In this document: one piece after another, positions 1 to 11,070 of the stretch
Layout of the letters: every line of letters begins with the position of its first letter
Position numbering within the stretch: position 1 is the first letter of the stretch
Assembly (NCBI GenBank): GCA_963774265.1
Contig: CAVZDU010000003.1
Coordinates: forward strand, 64,001 to 128,000
Length of the DNA stretch: 64,000 nt
DNA from: an uncultured Chloroflexia bacterium
Lineage (GTDB): Bacteria > Chloroflexota > Anaerolineae > CG2-30-64-16
Reading direction: 5' to 3'
Translations under genes and position numbers: made by a program
Notes under the pieces: model-generated
Databases searched by the model: none
What the model was told of the DNA's origin: nothing
The model's input: the letters and a program-made list of their open reading frames with translations, nothing else

Positions 1-698
1 GATCTCCGCATCCGTCAACTGCGTCAGGTAGCCGGTTTCAGTGGCGTGATACGCCCAGACGCCGGCCAGGCAGTCGGCCTGGAGTTCAGTCTGAACTGAC
101 GTGCTCTGCGGCCCCGAGGCGCCCGTGCCACCCGTCTGGTCCAGCGCACCGGTGAGATTCTGTACGTGATGACCGTACTCGTGAGCGAGAACGTAAGCCT
201 CGGCGAACGGGCCGCCCTGCGCGCCAAAGCGCGTGTGCAATTCGTCGAAGAACCCGAGGTCCAGATAGACCATCTGGTCGCTCGGACAGTAGAAAGGCCC
301 TGCCGCAGCGGTAGCGTATCCACAGGCGGCCTGCGTTGACCCCGTGAAGAGCTGGGTCTTGGCTGGGATGTACTGGCCCCCCTGGCGAGCAAATTCGTCG
401 GTCCAGAACGCCTGGATGCTGTTGACGAAGCCTACGACGCGGCAATCCTGACGAGTATTCGCGTCCGCGCCCGTCTGGCACGCCTCCGCCAGGTTGTTGA
501 TTCCGCTGGCGGCCTCAGTCGATGCCGGTAAAACTTGCCCAACCACATTCGTCAGGTCCGTAGGGTTCACGCCCAGCAGAAGCGCCACTACCAAGACCAC
601 CAGACCGAGTCCACCGCCACCGAGTGCCACCGCGCCCCCCAGCCCCCGCCGGTCCTGAACCTGGGAAGGGTCCAGGCGGGTCTATTGTTGAACGGCAT
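1..698 (-). CDS. YpfJ-like neutral zinc metallopeptidase (runs off left edge; probable indel near 5' end; not in ORF track)
   Basis: Manual minus-strand translation gives [33 protein letters not shown] (HExxH) and [11 protein letters not shown]; Gly-rich/hydrophobic N-terminus; ATG at 698 with GGAGG upstream. Confidence 0.85.
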
Positions 699-739
699 TG
701 GTCCGTCCTCCTTCCCTCTGAGCAGTCTCTCTCACTCTA

Positions 740-854
740 ATCATAGTCGAAGGGGAGCGGTCTTGTCGTCAGCGCAAAAGCTGGGACTAACGTCGCAAAA
801 GAGCCGCCCCCAAGGGCGGCCCACCGCGACTTTTGTTATACGATGTTGGGTGTA
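740..854 (-). repeat. Conserved ~115-bp intergenic element, copy A (hairpin+U-tract, then -10-like TATGAT)
   Basis: Aligns by eye with 9662-9773, 15716-15827 and 19531-19642 (shared GAAGGGG.GCGG..TGTCGTCAG.GCAAA, GCAAAAG-hairpin, TGTT.GGTGTA). Confidence 0.75.
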
Positions 855-949
855 GGTATGGTGGACGCCGAAATTTGGACACAAAACGCGCCGCCGATCA
901 CGCGCAGTGTATCAGCGCTTTGTACGCTGAGAGTGAAGCGCTAGATCAG

Positions 950-1639
950 TTATTTTTTATCTGTCGGCTTACCAAATACCAAAGCTTTCTCAACTGGATG
1001 GACATCCTTGGCAATCTCGACGATTATCGTCGGGGGTTGTGTAGTGATAGGCACAGGACTCAAATGCTGTATATCATTTACCGCCAAAAGCTCCGCCTGA
1101 TTGCCTTCCACTCTGAATCGGGTCAGAGAACAATTGCTGACGGTCGAACGCCACCACCGCCAGCGTTTTTCGGGTAGATACCAGGACAATGTCGCCGAGA
1201 CCACGCCGGCATGAGCGACCACAGCGACGCGTTGATTGGGATGCCTGGCCACGATGTCTAGTAACACCGCTGAAACGCGACCCTCGATGGGCCATCGAAT
1301 CGGTATACCTGCACGAGCATCCAGATAATCTTCTACAGGATCCGTGATCGAAAGGATTTCCAAAATCACAAACGCAGGCAGCTCGAGCCACCGCACTTCC
1401 TGCAGGCCAATTCGAAACTCCGCAGCTCGCCCGATTTTTTCACCGATGATGTGTGCAGTCTCCTTGGTGCGGCGCAGTGGGCTGGAGTAGAAACCGTCGA
1501 TATGGTTTTGGGGAGCATTGAAGTACTCACCCGTCTGGGCAGCTTGTTCCTGCCCTACTTGTGTGAGCGGTGCATGATAGTAGTCTCCGTTTACACGCAC
1601 TGCATTGCCGTGTCGGATGAGAATGAGTTCTGTCGCCAT
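950..1639 (-). CDS. Histidine phosphatase (phosphoglycerate mutase family)
   Basis: LIRHG, SSPLRRTKETA, VVAHAG, NCSLT motifs. Confidence 0.9.
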   Translation of the reverse strand: MATELILIRHGNAVRVNGDYYHAPLTQVGQEQAAQTGEYFNAPQNHIDGFYSSPLRRTKETAHIIGEKIGRAAEFRIGLQEVRWLELPAFVILEILSITDPVEDYLDARAGIPIRWPIEGRVSAVLLDIVARHPNQRVAVVAHAGVVSATLSWYLPEKRWRWWRSTVSNCSLTRFRVEGNQAELLAVNDIQHLSPVPITTQPPTIIVEIAKDVHPVEKALVFGKPTDKK

Positions 1640-1689
1640 GAGCGGGTCCTCCCGAATGCGCGGGCGATAGTGCTCCGGTTCACTGGTGG

Positions 1690-2678
1690 CTACTTGGAAA
1701 CCGGAGAAACAGGTTCGGGTAGTTCCCTGGTAGACTCTTCTGGCGGTTTTTCCGTGCCGGGGCCTGGCTCAGGGGCAAGCACCCGCAAAGCACCCGGGAG
1801 GACCTTTATCTTGGCCGCGCCCTTTCCCAGAATAATGCCTTCCGCCGCAATATCTAACTTAGGTGATGTTTTCACCGTTATTTTTCTCGCCCGGTAGCGT
1901 TGGATACGCCCATCCGGAGTTACACGCTCATGTGCTGACTTTACGAAATAGCTAAGTAACGCCGCCTTACTAAGACCCGGGTAAACAGCAACATCCAGGA
2001 GTCCATCGTCCATGGAGGCATCTGGGGCGACCAGGTTCTTTGCTCCAATGATCGGCGTGTTGGCAATTGTTACCAACATGGTTTCAACTTCGATCTTGCT
2101 TTCACCATCCAGAGTCAGATAAACCTTTGGATGTGTTTTATATTTCAAAACCGTCATCACCGCATCCTTAATCCCTTGCCACTTGCCTTCGGGAACCTCA
2201 CTAATTTCGGGATAAAGGGTGGCTGTCAGGCCGATGGCCGTCACCATAAAGAAATGGAATTTCTTTCTCTTCCTGGTGCTGATCAGACCTAAATCTAGTT
2301 TGCGAGTGTGGCCAGAAGCAATCAACGCACATGCTTCTTTTAATGATCTTCAGGAATCCCCAGGCTTCTGGCGATATCATTTTCGGTCCCGGCTGCGATA
2401 ATACCAAGGGCCACCTTTGAGCCCGCAACGCCGCGAATAACCGCCCCAATCGTGCCATCCCCGCCCATGGCGATCACAACATCATAGCCATCTTTAACGG
2501 CTCTTCTCGCAATTGGGATGGCTTCTTTTTTGGGCCTTGCCAGAGCTACGTCAACCTTCAGTCCGTAATCTAATAGATGGTGTGTAACTTGCTCGAGTCG
2601 TGACGCCGCTGTTAATACATCCCCTGCACCAGGGTTGGCGATAAGTTTCACCCGGATGGGTCTCGGCTTCTTTGGCAT
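1690..2678 (-). CDS. Diacylglycerol/lipid kinase, YegS/BmrU family (split by indel near 2330)
   Basis: IANPGAG, GGDGT, AGTENDIARSLGI in ORF 2340-2696; DASMDDGLLDV in ORF 1690-2325. Confidence 0.88.
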
Positions 2679-2739
2679 GTCATCTTTTTCCTTCAATAAC
2701 CAGTTTCTGCATGGCGCGATGCGAGATTGCCGATACTTC

Positions 2740-3510
2740 TCAGGTCTTCTGAGGCCCAGCCGCCGCTGCTACGGGTTGGTGGACGAAGAAGCGTGTCTTG
2801 CCCCAGATGTAAACTTGCACAAGTACTGCCAGTATCAGGCTGCCCAGCAAGTACGCGCCCAACACGTCACTTGCCCAGTGTTGGCCCAGATAGATGCGTG
2901 AGGCGCCAATCAAGATGATCGGGCCGCTAAGAAACACCAGCAGAACAGTGCGTTTTGGAGATGGTTTCAGCAAGGTAAAAGCGAGGAACCCAATGAACCC
3001 CAGAAAGCCTACATAGAATACGACATGCCCGCTCGGGAAACTGTAGCCGAGGATCGCAATCACATAAGCCGAAGCTGTCGCTGGACGCGGACGCCGGATC
3101 AAATCCTTCACCAACAAGTCCACGGCCGTAGAAGAGACTGCTGCGACGAGCGCCATTACCGCTTCCCAATGCAGGCTGAAGCCATAAATCAATAAAATGA
3201 CCAGCCCTGTGATGATCGTGGATTGTGGCCAAACACCCGGCCAGCTCACCACATTCATTAACACCGAAAAGGGGGGAAAATGGATCAATTGGATAGTTTT
3301 CGCGATTTGAAGATCGACCGAAAAAGAAGAAATGGTTTTGACCAGAAAGGTCACCAGAATAAAAGCAATCGCGGTTAGGACCAGCGTCCACCGGAATAGT
3401 CGGGCTCGATAACGTCGCACAGGTGCCGGTTCGCTCTCGGCACGTGTGGCCTGGTGGGCCGTATCTTTAATCTTTTCGATAGGTGGTTGTTCGCTTTTTT
3501 GTGTTGACAT
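2740..3510 (-). CDS. PAP2-family membrane phosphatase
   Basis: KxxxxRPRP, SFPSGH, SRIYLGQHWASDV motifs; multiple TM segments. Confidence 0.92.
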   Translation of the reverse strand: MSTQKSEQPPIEKIKDTAHQATRAESEPAPVRRYRARLFRWTLVLTAIAFILVTFLVKTISSFSVDLQIAKTIQLIHFPPFSVLMNVVSWPGVWPQSTIITGLVILLIYGFSLHWEAVMALVAAVSSTAVDLLVKDLIRRPRPATASAYVIAILGYSFPSGHVVFYVGFLGFIGFLAFTLLKPSPKRTVLLVFLSGPIILIGASRIYLGQHWASDVLGAYLLGSLILAVLVQVYIWGKTRFFVHQPVAAAAGPQKT

Positions 3511-3551
3511 TCTGAACTCATTTCCTTGAGCGGAAGCCCATCCCAATGAGA

Positions 3552-5014
3552 CTACTCTTTCCTATTAGTGGCTTTTTTCGTGATCTCAGGGACTCGGTCT
3601 CCAACGCTAGGGCCCAGGAAACGGGCCAGACTTTCGTGGATGTGAACAGCCGCTTCGTGCTCGGTCTGAATCTGGGCAGCGAGTGCTTTTCCGTGCGCCT
3701 TCTTGTTAAGCAGGTGTGCGAGCCCTACGAGCGCCTCCTGAAACGTGGAAAGAGGCTCCTGTGACATCTCTGCCTGCTCTACCTCACCCCGGCGCCATTT
3801 TTCCAGCGCGTTCGTGCGAAGCAGGTCACGATGACGGCGGACTTCTTCGGGTTCACCAGGTACTGGAAGCGTTAGCGGCGTGTCGCTGCGGGGAATGCTG
3901 CGAGAGAGATTCTTCTCGAACGTGTTCGCCGCCTTGTCTCTGGCCGTTAGACCTTCGGGAAGATTGAACAGGGTCTTGATGGTGGCCGGCAGGGAGGAAT
4001 GCTCATAGATGGTTGAATCCACCTGCCCCTTTTCCACAAAGGGCGAAACAAGGATGGCCGGGACGCGAACCCCCAGGCGCGTGAAATCGAAGGGTGGATG
4101 TTTGGACTTTTTTCCATCCGGACTTGGCACCGAGCCAGGCGGTGGAACCCGATCGAAAAAGCCTCCATGTTCGTCATAGAGCACGACGAGCAAGCTCTTC
4201 TCCCAAAACGGGCTGTTGCGCAGGGTGTCGTAGACCTCGGCAATCAGGTATTCGCCCAGCCTCACGTCGTGCGGCGGGTGTTGGTCATTCGCTTTCCACT
4301 CATGAAAGTTGAGGTAGCGAGGCTCGATGAAGGTAGTAGGCGGCCAGGTCCCCCTTCTCCAGATCGGCGTAGAATTTCTCGAATCGCTTGAAGTGGTCCA
4401 GCGTGCGCCAGTGATGCTGCAAGATGATGCTTTGAGGAATGTCGCCATAGTAGATGTTCCATGACAACCCATTTTCGCCCAGAGCGTCGTAAATGGTCTT
4501 CATCTTGTAATTGTGCTCTAGCGGTGTCCACAATCATTCCGTCACACGTTGCGGCATGAGCGTAGAAGCGATTCAGCCACGTAGGACCTGGAACCGCAGA
4601 GAACCAGCGATCACAGACGCAGAATTCGCGCGCGAGGGTGGTCAGCGCCGGGATCTTGGCCGGGTCGAAGCATTCCATGATCTTCTTGCCAATCTCGACA
4701 TCGCCCTTTGCCTTTTCGATGTGGACGGCGACGAAGCCATTCATTGGCGCCGGGTCCACAACGTGCCCTGACTCGCCAAACAACTGCTTTTCGACACTGA
4801 CAAAGTCGTGAGCAGGGTCGACTGCGGTTATGTAGCCAGACGTGTTGCTCACACGGACTCGCTCAGAAGTTGGGTCTGACGGATCGACCAGATTGAATTC
4901 GTCGCCCGTCAGTCCATGGCCGTTGGGCAGGTAGCCCAGCATATGATCGTAGGAACGGTTCTCGAGCATGAGAACAATGACGTGCTCAATGGGAAAACGG
5001 TTGGGGGTGCTCAT
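3552..5014 (-). CDS. Phosphoesterase / non-specific phospholipase C family (frameshifted)
   Basis: IEHVIVLMLENRSYDHMLG, VPGPTWLNR, DQHPPHD, YDEHGGFFD, RLGVRVPAILVSP across three overlapping ORFs. Confidence 0.88.
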
Positions 5015-5199
5015 GACAGTATCCTTCGTGCTTTGGGACCCTACACTGACGCTTCTCTCCGAACGGAAAAGCCGGTTAGGACGGCCCCTCCGGATCGAGC
5101 GTTTCGATGAGCTCCGAACTGAGGGGCCAACCGTGACTGAATACCACCGATCTTCCTGTTCTCGACTTCTTCTGCACCCTCAGCATAGAACTGTTCCTC

Positions 5200-6730
5200 T
5201 CAATATTTCGATGAGCTGACTGTCTTGAAATCAATAAACCCTTGCTGAACGTCAACGGATGTTAATCTCACGCGAATCCGGTCGCCGACATCCACGCCCT
5301 CGAACCCCCGCACCAGCTTGCCTTCAACTGGCACACTGAGAAGCCGAACCCACGTCCCCTTCTCGGAAGCACCTGTGACAATCGAATCAAACTGCTCTCC
5401 GATTCTCGATTCAAGCAGGAGCGCGGCCGCGGATTTGCCGACCTGCCGTTCGACCTTGTTGGCGGCATCCTCTTCCTCGGTGAAATGCTTGGCCAGCACA
5501 TCCAGTTCAGCATAGCTGTAGGGCGCAGCTCGGCCAGCCAGGGCGGCCTTCAATAGGCGTTGCGTGATCAGGTCGGTATAGCGACGATTCGGGGCGGTGG
5601 AGTGGGCATAGTCCTTGACCGCGAGGCCAAAGTGCCCTGGGGCCGTGTCGCCGGGTAGTTCTGCGACATATTCGCCCGCTCCCAGAAGTTTGATCACCGC
5701 GAGGGACAGGTCGGGGAAGCGCAGCGGATCGGCTGCTTTCTCCTTGACGAGGAACTCATCCAGTGCTTTTGAATCCGGGTTATCGGGCAGCCTGAATCCG
5801 TGTTCCTGGGCAAGCTCGACGATCCGATCCCAGCGCTTGGGCGTGCGCACCACACGGCGGATGGAAGGGAATTTCCTTGCCGCGAGATACCGGGCAGTCA
5901 CGCCGTTGGCCGCGATCATGAAATCCTCGATGAGCTCCTTGGCGCGGTTCTTTTGTTCTACTTCGAGATCGCGGATTTGGTCGCCGTCAAAGATCGGTTT
6001 CGCCTCGATGGTTTCCAGGCTCAGCGCCCCGTGGACGTGCCGCAAATTCTTCAGGCTCTGGGCGATCCGGTCCTGCACGCGCAGATTCTCCGCCAGTCCA
6101 TTGACGGCCGCGATCGGATGGTTGCCATCCGCCCCCTCGGGGACCGCGCCGTTCCCTTCCAGCCAGGCCGCCACGCTGTTATAGGCGAGCTTCGCATGAT
6201 TGCGAACGCGCGCCCGGTAGATATCCGAGCCCAGCAAGGAGCCGTCCGCGCCGATCACCATTTCCACGACAACGGCCAGGCGCTCCTCATCGAAATTCAG
6301 GGAGGTGAGATCGGTGGAAAGCTTTTCAGGCAGCATCGGGAAGATCTTGGCCGCCGTATACACCGAGGTCGTGTTGTGGCGCGCGTGCTCGTCAATGGCT
6401 GAGCCGTTCTTCACCAGCGCGTCCACGTCAGCCACGGCCACACGAATCTTGACTTTGTCTCCGGGCAGGGCCTCGGCGACGGTGAGCTGATCCAGGTCGC
6501 GGGAGTCATCGTTGTCAATGGAAGCCCACAGGAGATCCGTCAGGTCACGAATCTCCGACGGGATCTCCAACTGGCTCACCGTTCACGCCTGCGGGCGCCT
6601 GAATCCTGTCAAGTTCGGCAAGCACCGCGGCCGAAAAGTCAGGGAGCAAGCCTCGCTCGAGCATCGCCCTGTGGGCAATGCTCTCCAAGATCGCACGGTG
6701 CTGTTGATCAGTGTGTTGTGTTTGTGGCAT
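5200..6730 (-). CDS. RNB-domain ribonuclease (RNase II/R family, short form; indel near 6580)
   Basis: SIDNDDSRDLDQ, HSTAPNRRYTDL, C-terminal S1-like domain; N-terminus in ORF 6545-6778. Confidence 0.88.
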
Positions 6731-6788
6731 GGGAGTTGCTCCTGATTGCTGCCGAGCCGCGCCGCAAAGAGAAGGCACTCACGGCAGA

Positions 6789-8366
6789 TCAAGCGTGCCC
6801 CAAATGCGACGTCGGCCGCAACCCCTTCCAAATTCGCAGGACCGCCAGCAGCGCGAGCGCCAACAGGGCGGTCATCGCCGCCAGGGCCCAGCGGTCGACC
6901 GGGACTTCGGCGACTGCACCGGGTAACGCGGCCAGCGGGGCCACTGCGACCGGGAGCAGAACAGGCGCCTGAATGGGCGCCGGGTTGAGCGCCAGGTGCG
7001 CGGGCTCGGTGTTGATCTCACCCAAAGCCCAGGCGGCCTGGGCCCGCACCGCGGGATTCGGGTCCGAAAGCAACGGGGCCAAATCGGCCGCGGCGTCGGC
7101 CGGTTTCAGCCAGCCGAGCATTTCCGCGGCGTTGGCGCGGACCACCGCGTTGCCGTCGCGCAGGGCCGCCACCAATGGCATCACCGCGGACTGGCCTGCC
7201 ATCTCCAGCCCGCCCATCGCAGCGTGCCGCGTCGACGTCATCTCCGGGTCAACAAGCGGCGCCATGAGCGCGGCCATGGCCGCAGGTGTACCGATGGCCG
7301 CCAGCGCCTCGGCCGCCACCCGCTGGGCTTGGGGGTCGTCGGCGCCGAGCAACGCGGCCAGCCCAGGAACGGCCTGCGGAGACTTAAGCAAGCCAAGCGC
7401 CAGCGCGGCCCTGGTTCGCACTACTGTCGGCGCAGATCCCAGCATGTTTATGAGCTCAGCGCTGACCGAGCGATTGGCGATCGAGCGATCGATGATCGCC
7501 CGATCGCCGATGCGTCCGATGGCCTCCGCGATGCGCTGCCCGGCAAGGGCGTCGGGATCGGCCAGGGCCTTCATCAGATCAGGAAGCGCTGCCGGGCCTC
7601 CTATCAGCCCGATGGCCCGCGCCGCAGAGGCGCGGACGGCGGGGTTGCCATCCTGGAGCAAGCCCATCAGTTCAGGACTCATCTGCAGACTCACCGTAGA
7701 GCTGCCTGTACTATTGACTGCAACGACCGATAACGGTTGGCCAGCGACCGGCTCCAGGCGCCATACGGGCGTGTCGCTGAGTTCCGCGCGGCTCAACTGA
7801 AGCCACTGCCGGCCGCCGTCTACGCTCACGGCAACGCCCCACGGGGTGAGGTGGGCGGTGTTGGTCCCCAGCCAGATGTTGGTGGCCGCATAGACGATCT
7901 GTTCATCCTCCGGATCGATGGCCAAAGCGGTCACCGCGAGCGGCGCTGCATTGCCCCCCGCCAGAACCGTGCTGTCAACCAGCTGCCATGAGGCGCCACC
8001 ATCATTGCTCCTGAGCAAGCCGAGGGACTCAGTGCCGACGAACACCAGGCCCGGCGTCCCCTGGGGGACCGCCATCGCCAGCGGCCGGCTTGGCAGAGCG
8101 CCGGCCTGCGACCAGCTGGTCCCCGCGTCGTCGCTGACCCAGACGCCGTCAGCCTGGCGGGTGTAGAGCCTCTGCGGCGGTGTGCTGTCAGTAGTCTGCC
8201 AAGCGGCTGCGGCCGGCGTCATGCCGCCGAGGAGCACGCCAAGCGCCAGACCGAGCATCACCCGCATGAGGGTCATTCGACGCGAACCGGTCTGTTTCTC
8301 AACCATCCTACGAACCTGCGAAGTCTTGTGTGCGACCAACATATTTGCCTCCTGCCGGGGCGCCAT
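6789..8366 (-). CDS. Secreted/membrane-anchored protein with BNR (Asp-box) repeats and HEAT repeats
   Basis: Signal-like hydrophobic stretch; SDDAGTSW/SNDGGASW/SVDGGRQW; repeated VRAxAAxALG; C-terminal TM. Confidence 0.75.
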   Translation of the reverse strand: MAPRQEANMLVAHKTSQVRRMVEKQTGSRRMTLMRVMLGLALGVLLGGMTPAAAAWQTTDSTPPQRLYTRQADGVWVSDDAGTSWSQAGALPSRPLAMAVPQGTPGLVFVGTESLGLLRSNDGGASWQLVDSTVLAGGNAAPLAVTALAIDPEDEQIVYAATNIWLGTNTAHLTPWGVAVSVDGGRQWLQLSRAELSDTPVWRLEPVAGQPLSVVAVNSTGSSTVSLQMSPELMGLLQDGNPAVRASAARAIGLIGGPAALPDLMKALADPDALAGQRIAEAIGRIGDRAIIDRSIANRSVSAELINMLGSAPTVVRTRAALALGLLKSPQAVPGLAALLGADDPQAQRVAAEALAAIGTPAAMAALMAPLVDPEMTSTRHAAMGGLEMAGQSAVMPLVAALRDGNAVVRANAAEMLGWLKPADAAADLAPLLSDPNPAVRAQAAWALGEINTEPAHLALNPAPIQAPVLLPVAVAPLAALPGAVAEVPVDRWALAAMTALLALALLAVLRIWKGLRPTSHLGHA

Positions 8367-8508
8367 CAGTTAGCACGTCCCGTGTGGACCCCTGTGGATA
8401 GCTCACTTATGGGGACAGCCCTTGAGCAGAAAGGCAGCGAAATCGGGTCGACGAGGCGATAAAGCAGGGGCGCTACCGCCTCGTCGGACAGCAATGACAG
8501 AGTCCGAG

Positions 8509-8742
8509 TTACTTTTTGCCCAATCCGCGCTTGCTGTCGCGTGCGGAATCCTTGAGCTTGTTCTTCACGTCGTGAGCGGCATCCTTGACGTCGTTCTTCG
8601 CGTCATGGGTGGTATCCATGGCTTTGTTTTTTGCGTCATGAGCGGCATCCTTGACGTCGTTTTTCGCGTTGTGTGCCGCATCCTTGACGGTGTTCTTCAG
8701 GTCCTGAGCGGCATCCTTAGCCTTCTGTGTGTTCTTAGACAT
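8509..8742 (-). CDS. Small hydrophilic LEA-like protein with 11-aa repeats
   Basis: About six xKDAAHDAKNx units; GGAGGG RBS. Confidence 0.75.
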   Translation of the reverse strand: MSKNTQKAKDAAQDLKNTVKDAAHNAKNDVKDAAHDAKNKAMDTTHDAKNDVKDAAHDVKNKLKDSARDSKRGLGKK

Positions 8743-8787
8743 ACATCCCTCCGGATTGGTGATATGGCGAACTGCAATCAGACAGAT

Positions 8788-9276
8788 CTATCTGACACGC
8801 GTGTCGATTTGGCTCGATGTCGTGCGCACGCCGCGGCGCGAGTCTCCCGTTACCAGCCCCACTGCTTTGACCAGGATCCATGCGATCAGTGCGTAGACGA
8901 GGATTGCCACCAGTGGATTCACCTCGAACACGCTGCCCCCAAAGCGCGCCGTCCCAAACAGCCCCACGAACGGGGCGAGGAACGGTTTCGTGATGCTGTA
9001 GATGAACTGCGCAAAACCTGCGTTTCGGTTAGCGCCGAGCAGAGGCAAGATGAAGCGGATGGCGAGCAGCCCCTCCAGAATTCCGAACAACAGATAAATG
9101 CCATTTTGGACTCTGAGGGTTCCCTCGCGCCGCACAGCATACGGATCGCTGGTAAAGGTCTCCGTCTGGTGCGCCGTCGTACGGGCAGGGTCACTCGTGC
9201 TTACATCCACAGTCCTAACGTCCGCACGGTTGGGATTCATGACCCCGGTATACTCTTCGCGTCGTTCGATTGTCAT
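8788..9276 (-). CDS. YggT-family membrane protein, copy 1
   Basis: LLAIRFILPLLGAN, FIYSITKPFLAPFVGLF; paralog of 14844-15332. Confidence 0.8.
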   Translation of the reverse strand: MTIERREEYTGVMNPNRADVRTVDVSTSDPARTTAHQTETFTSDPYAVRREGTLRVQNGIYLLFGILEGLLAIRFILPLLGANRNAGFAQFIYSITKPFLAPFVGLFGTARFGGSVFEVNPLVAILVYALIAWILVKAVGLVTGDSRRGVRTTSSQIDTRVR

Positions 9277-9323
9277 AGTGTTGTGCTCTCCGATCAAGTA
9301 GATCTCAACTGCTCGCGTTCTGG

Positions 9324-9585
9324 CTATAATCTGCGACCGGAAACGGCCCGCAGGATTGCGATCAGGATCACCGCGCCGATGAAGGCCACGAGGATGCTGG
9401 TGACGTTGATGCCGTTTACGGCATTCGGGCATCTTCAGCAACGTTGCGGCCAGGAAGCCGCCGATCACGGCGCCCACTGCGCCCACGATGATGTCGCCGA
9501 TGAGGCCGTAGCCTCCGCCGCGCATCACCTGGCTGGCCAAGAAGCCAGCGATCAACCCAACCACGATCCATGCGAGAATACCCAT
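9324..9585 (-). CDS. GlsB/YeaQ/YmgE stress membrane protein, copy 1 (1-bp insertion)
   Basis: MGILAWIVVGLIAGFLA; 262 bp vs 261 bp for copies 2 and 3; extra C near 9428. Confidence 0.88.
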
Positions 9586-9661
9586 TGTTCCACCCTTCCT
9601 TTTTCTGAGAGACGGCTATCTCCGTCAACCACCTGCCGGATTCGCTTTTCCGTCCATTGGT

Positions 9662-9773
9662 AGCATAACAGAAGGGGGCGGCCCTGTCGTCAGTGCAAAC
9701 GCTTGGTCTAGCATAGCAAAAGGACCGCCTTTTGGGCGGCCCTTGCACCTTTTGTTGCATGCTGTTTGGTGTA
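9662..9773 (-). repeat. Conserved intergenic element, copy B (terminator hairpin + extended -10 TGtTATGCT)
   Basis: Minus strand AAGGGCCGCCC-AAA-AGGCGGTCCTTTT followed by TGTTATGCT. Confidence 0.8.
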
Positions 9774-9880
9774 TCTACCGCTTCTTAGTCCGCCTTGCAG
9801 CGGTGGGGGTACGCAGAAAGCGGGCCAAGCATTTGCAGATCGAACTCGGTGCAGCCGGATGAGCCTCGTGGTGTCGCCGT

Positions 9881-10913
9881 CTATCCCAGTGCGCGCAGGT
9901 CACGTCGTCGGTTTCTCTTTTCAAGCCACGTGAGCAGGTGGTAGTTGCCAAAACCGATCACTACCATCGCCAACAGGAACGCCGGATATGCGATCCTCCA
10001 GTTCTCAGGTCCGATCATCATAGACCACTCTGACATCCCGCCGATTCCAGCCAGGAGCGTGAGCGGCATGAAAGATAGTGGTGATGATAGTCAGCCGTCT
10101 GACTGTCGCGTTTGTCTCATTGGCGGCTTTGGTCATCTGGTTGTTCAGCATCGACAGGTACATTTCCATGAGACTGGTGACGATATCCCGGTAAGACTCG
10201 GTCAACTCGAAGAATCCCACAAGATGGTCGTAGATGTCTCGATAGTGGAAGATTGCCTTTTCCGTTATGAAGGGACAATCTTTGCGACAGATCTTGACGA
10301 GGATCTCCCGCTCGTGGAAAAGACTCTTGCGGAGACTCAACAGGTACCGACGGAATCGGATCAGCTCTGCGGGATTGAAGCTTGAAACGTCAGCCAGCAT
10401 CGCACCTTCTACGGTGTCCAGCTCGTCTTCGAGCGCTTCAATCGCCGTAAACTTTTGATCCACCACGTAGTCCAGGATGACGTGCATCAGGAAGGACGGT
10501 CCGTGCCGAGCACTCTGGATGTTCGTCTCCACGATGTGCTCAATGCCATCCAAAAGCCGGCGATTTTCGGAATTGCGTTGGCTGACGGTAACCAGAAAGT
10601 TGTCGCCGATAAACAGATCGATCTCGCCGATCGAGAGTTCTTTATTTGAATAGTCAAAGGAGTTGAAGAGAATAAAGGTGCTTCTAGGAAAGTCTTCAAT
10701 CTTGGGAATCTCGTTTTCGTCAAAACAATCCTCGATAGAAAGTGGATGGAGACCCAAGGGATCGATGAGGTTCGAGAGTTCCTCCTTCGTTGTCTGGCAG
10801 TAATGCAGCCACACAAAACCTCCGTCCTTGGCCGCAGCCAGAGCCGCGTCAACGGTTGCGACTTGCGAGAGTTCTCCTGCCTTAGAGATATGATAGAACA
10901 ATGATTCGGACAT
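9881..10913 (-). CDS. corA: CorA-family divalent cation transporter (indel near 10070)
   Basis: LGLHPLSIEDC, ILDYVVD, HYRDIYDHL, RRLTIITTIFMPLTLLAGIGGMSE. Confidence 0.88.
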
Positions 10914-11070
10914 TACTGCCTCCGTCGACTCGCAAGACCAGACTCGACACGCGCCAAATAGCGTTAAGGCCTCATCCTCGCGAATGCTGCACTACGAGGA
11001 CCGTGATAAACGCCGTCTTGCGGCCCCGAAACTGCCCCATTCCCGCCTGATGTCTCAGACCCAACCGAGC

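Larger units (their letters stand above)
8788..9831. repeat. ~1.05-kb direct repeat (leader-glsB-yggT cassette), copy 1
   Basis: Near-identical to 14844-15885, offset about 6056 bp. Confidence 0.9.

Noticed and set aside
8788-9585. Apparent GlsB-YggT fusion ORF (265 aa)
   Set aside because: Caused by one extra C in glsB copy 1; copy 2 shows two separate genes.
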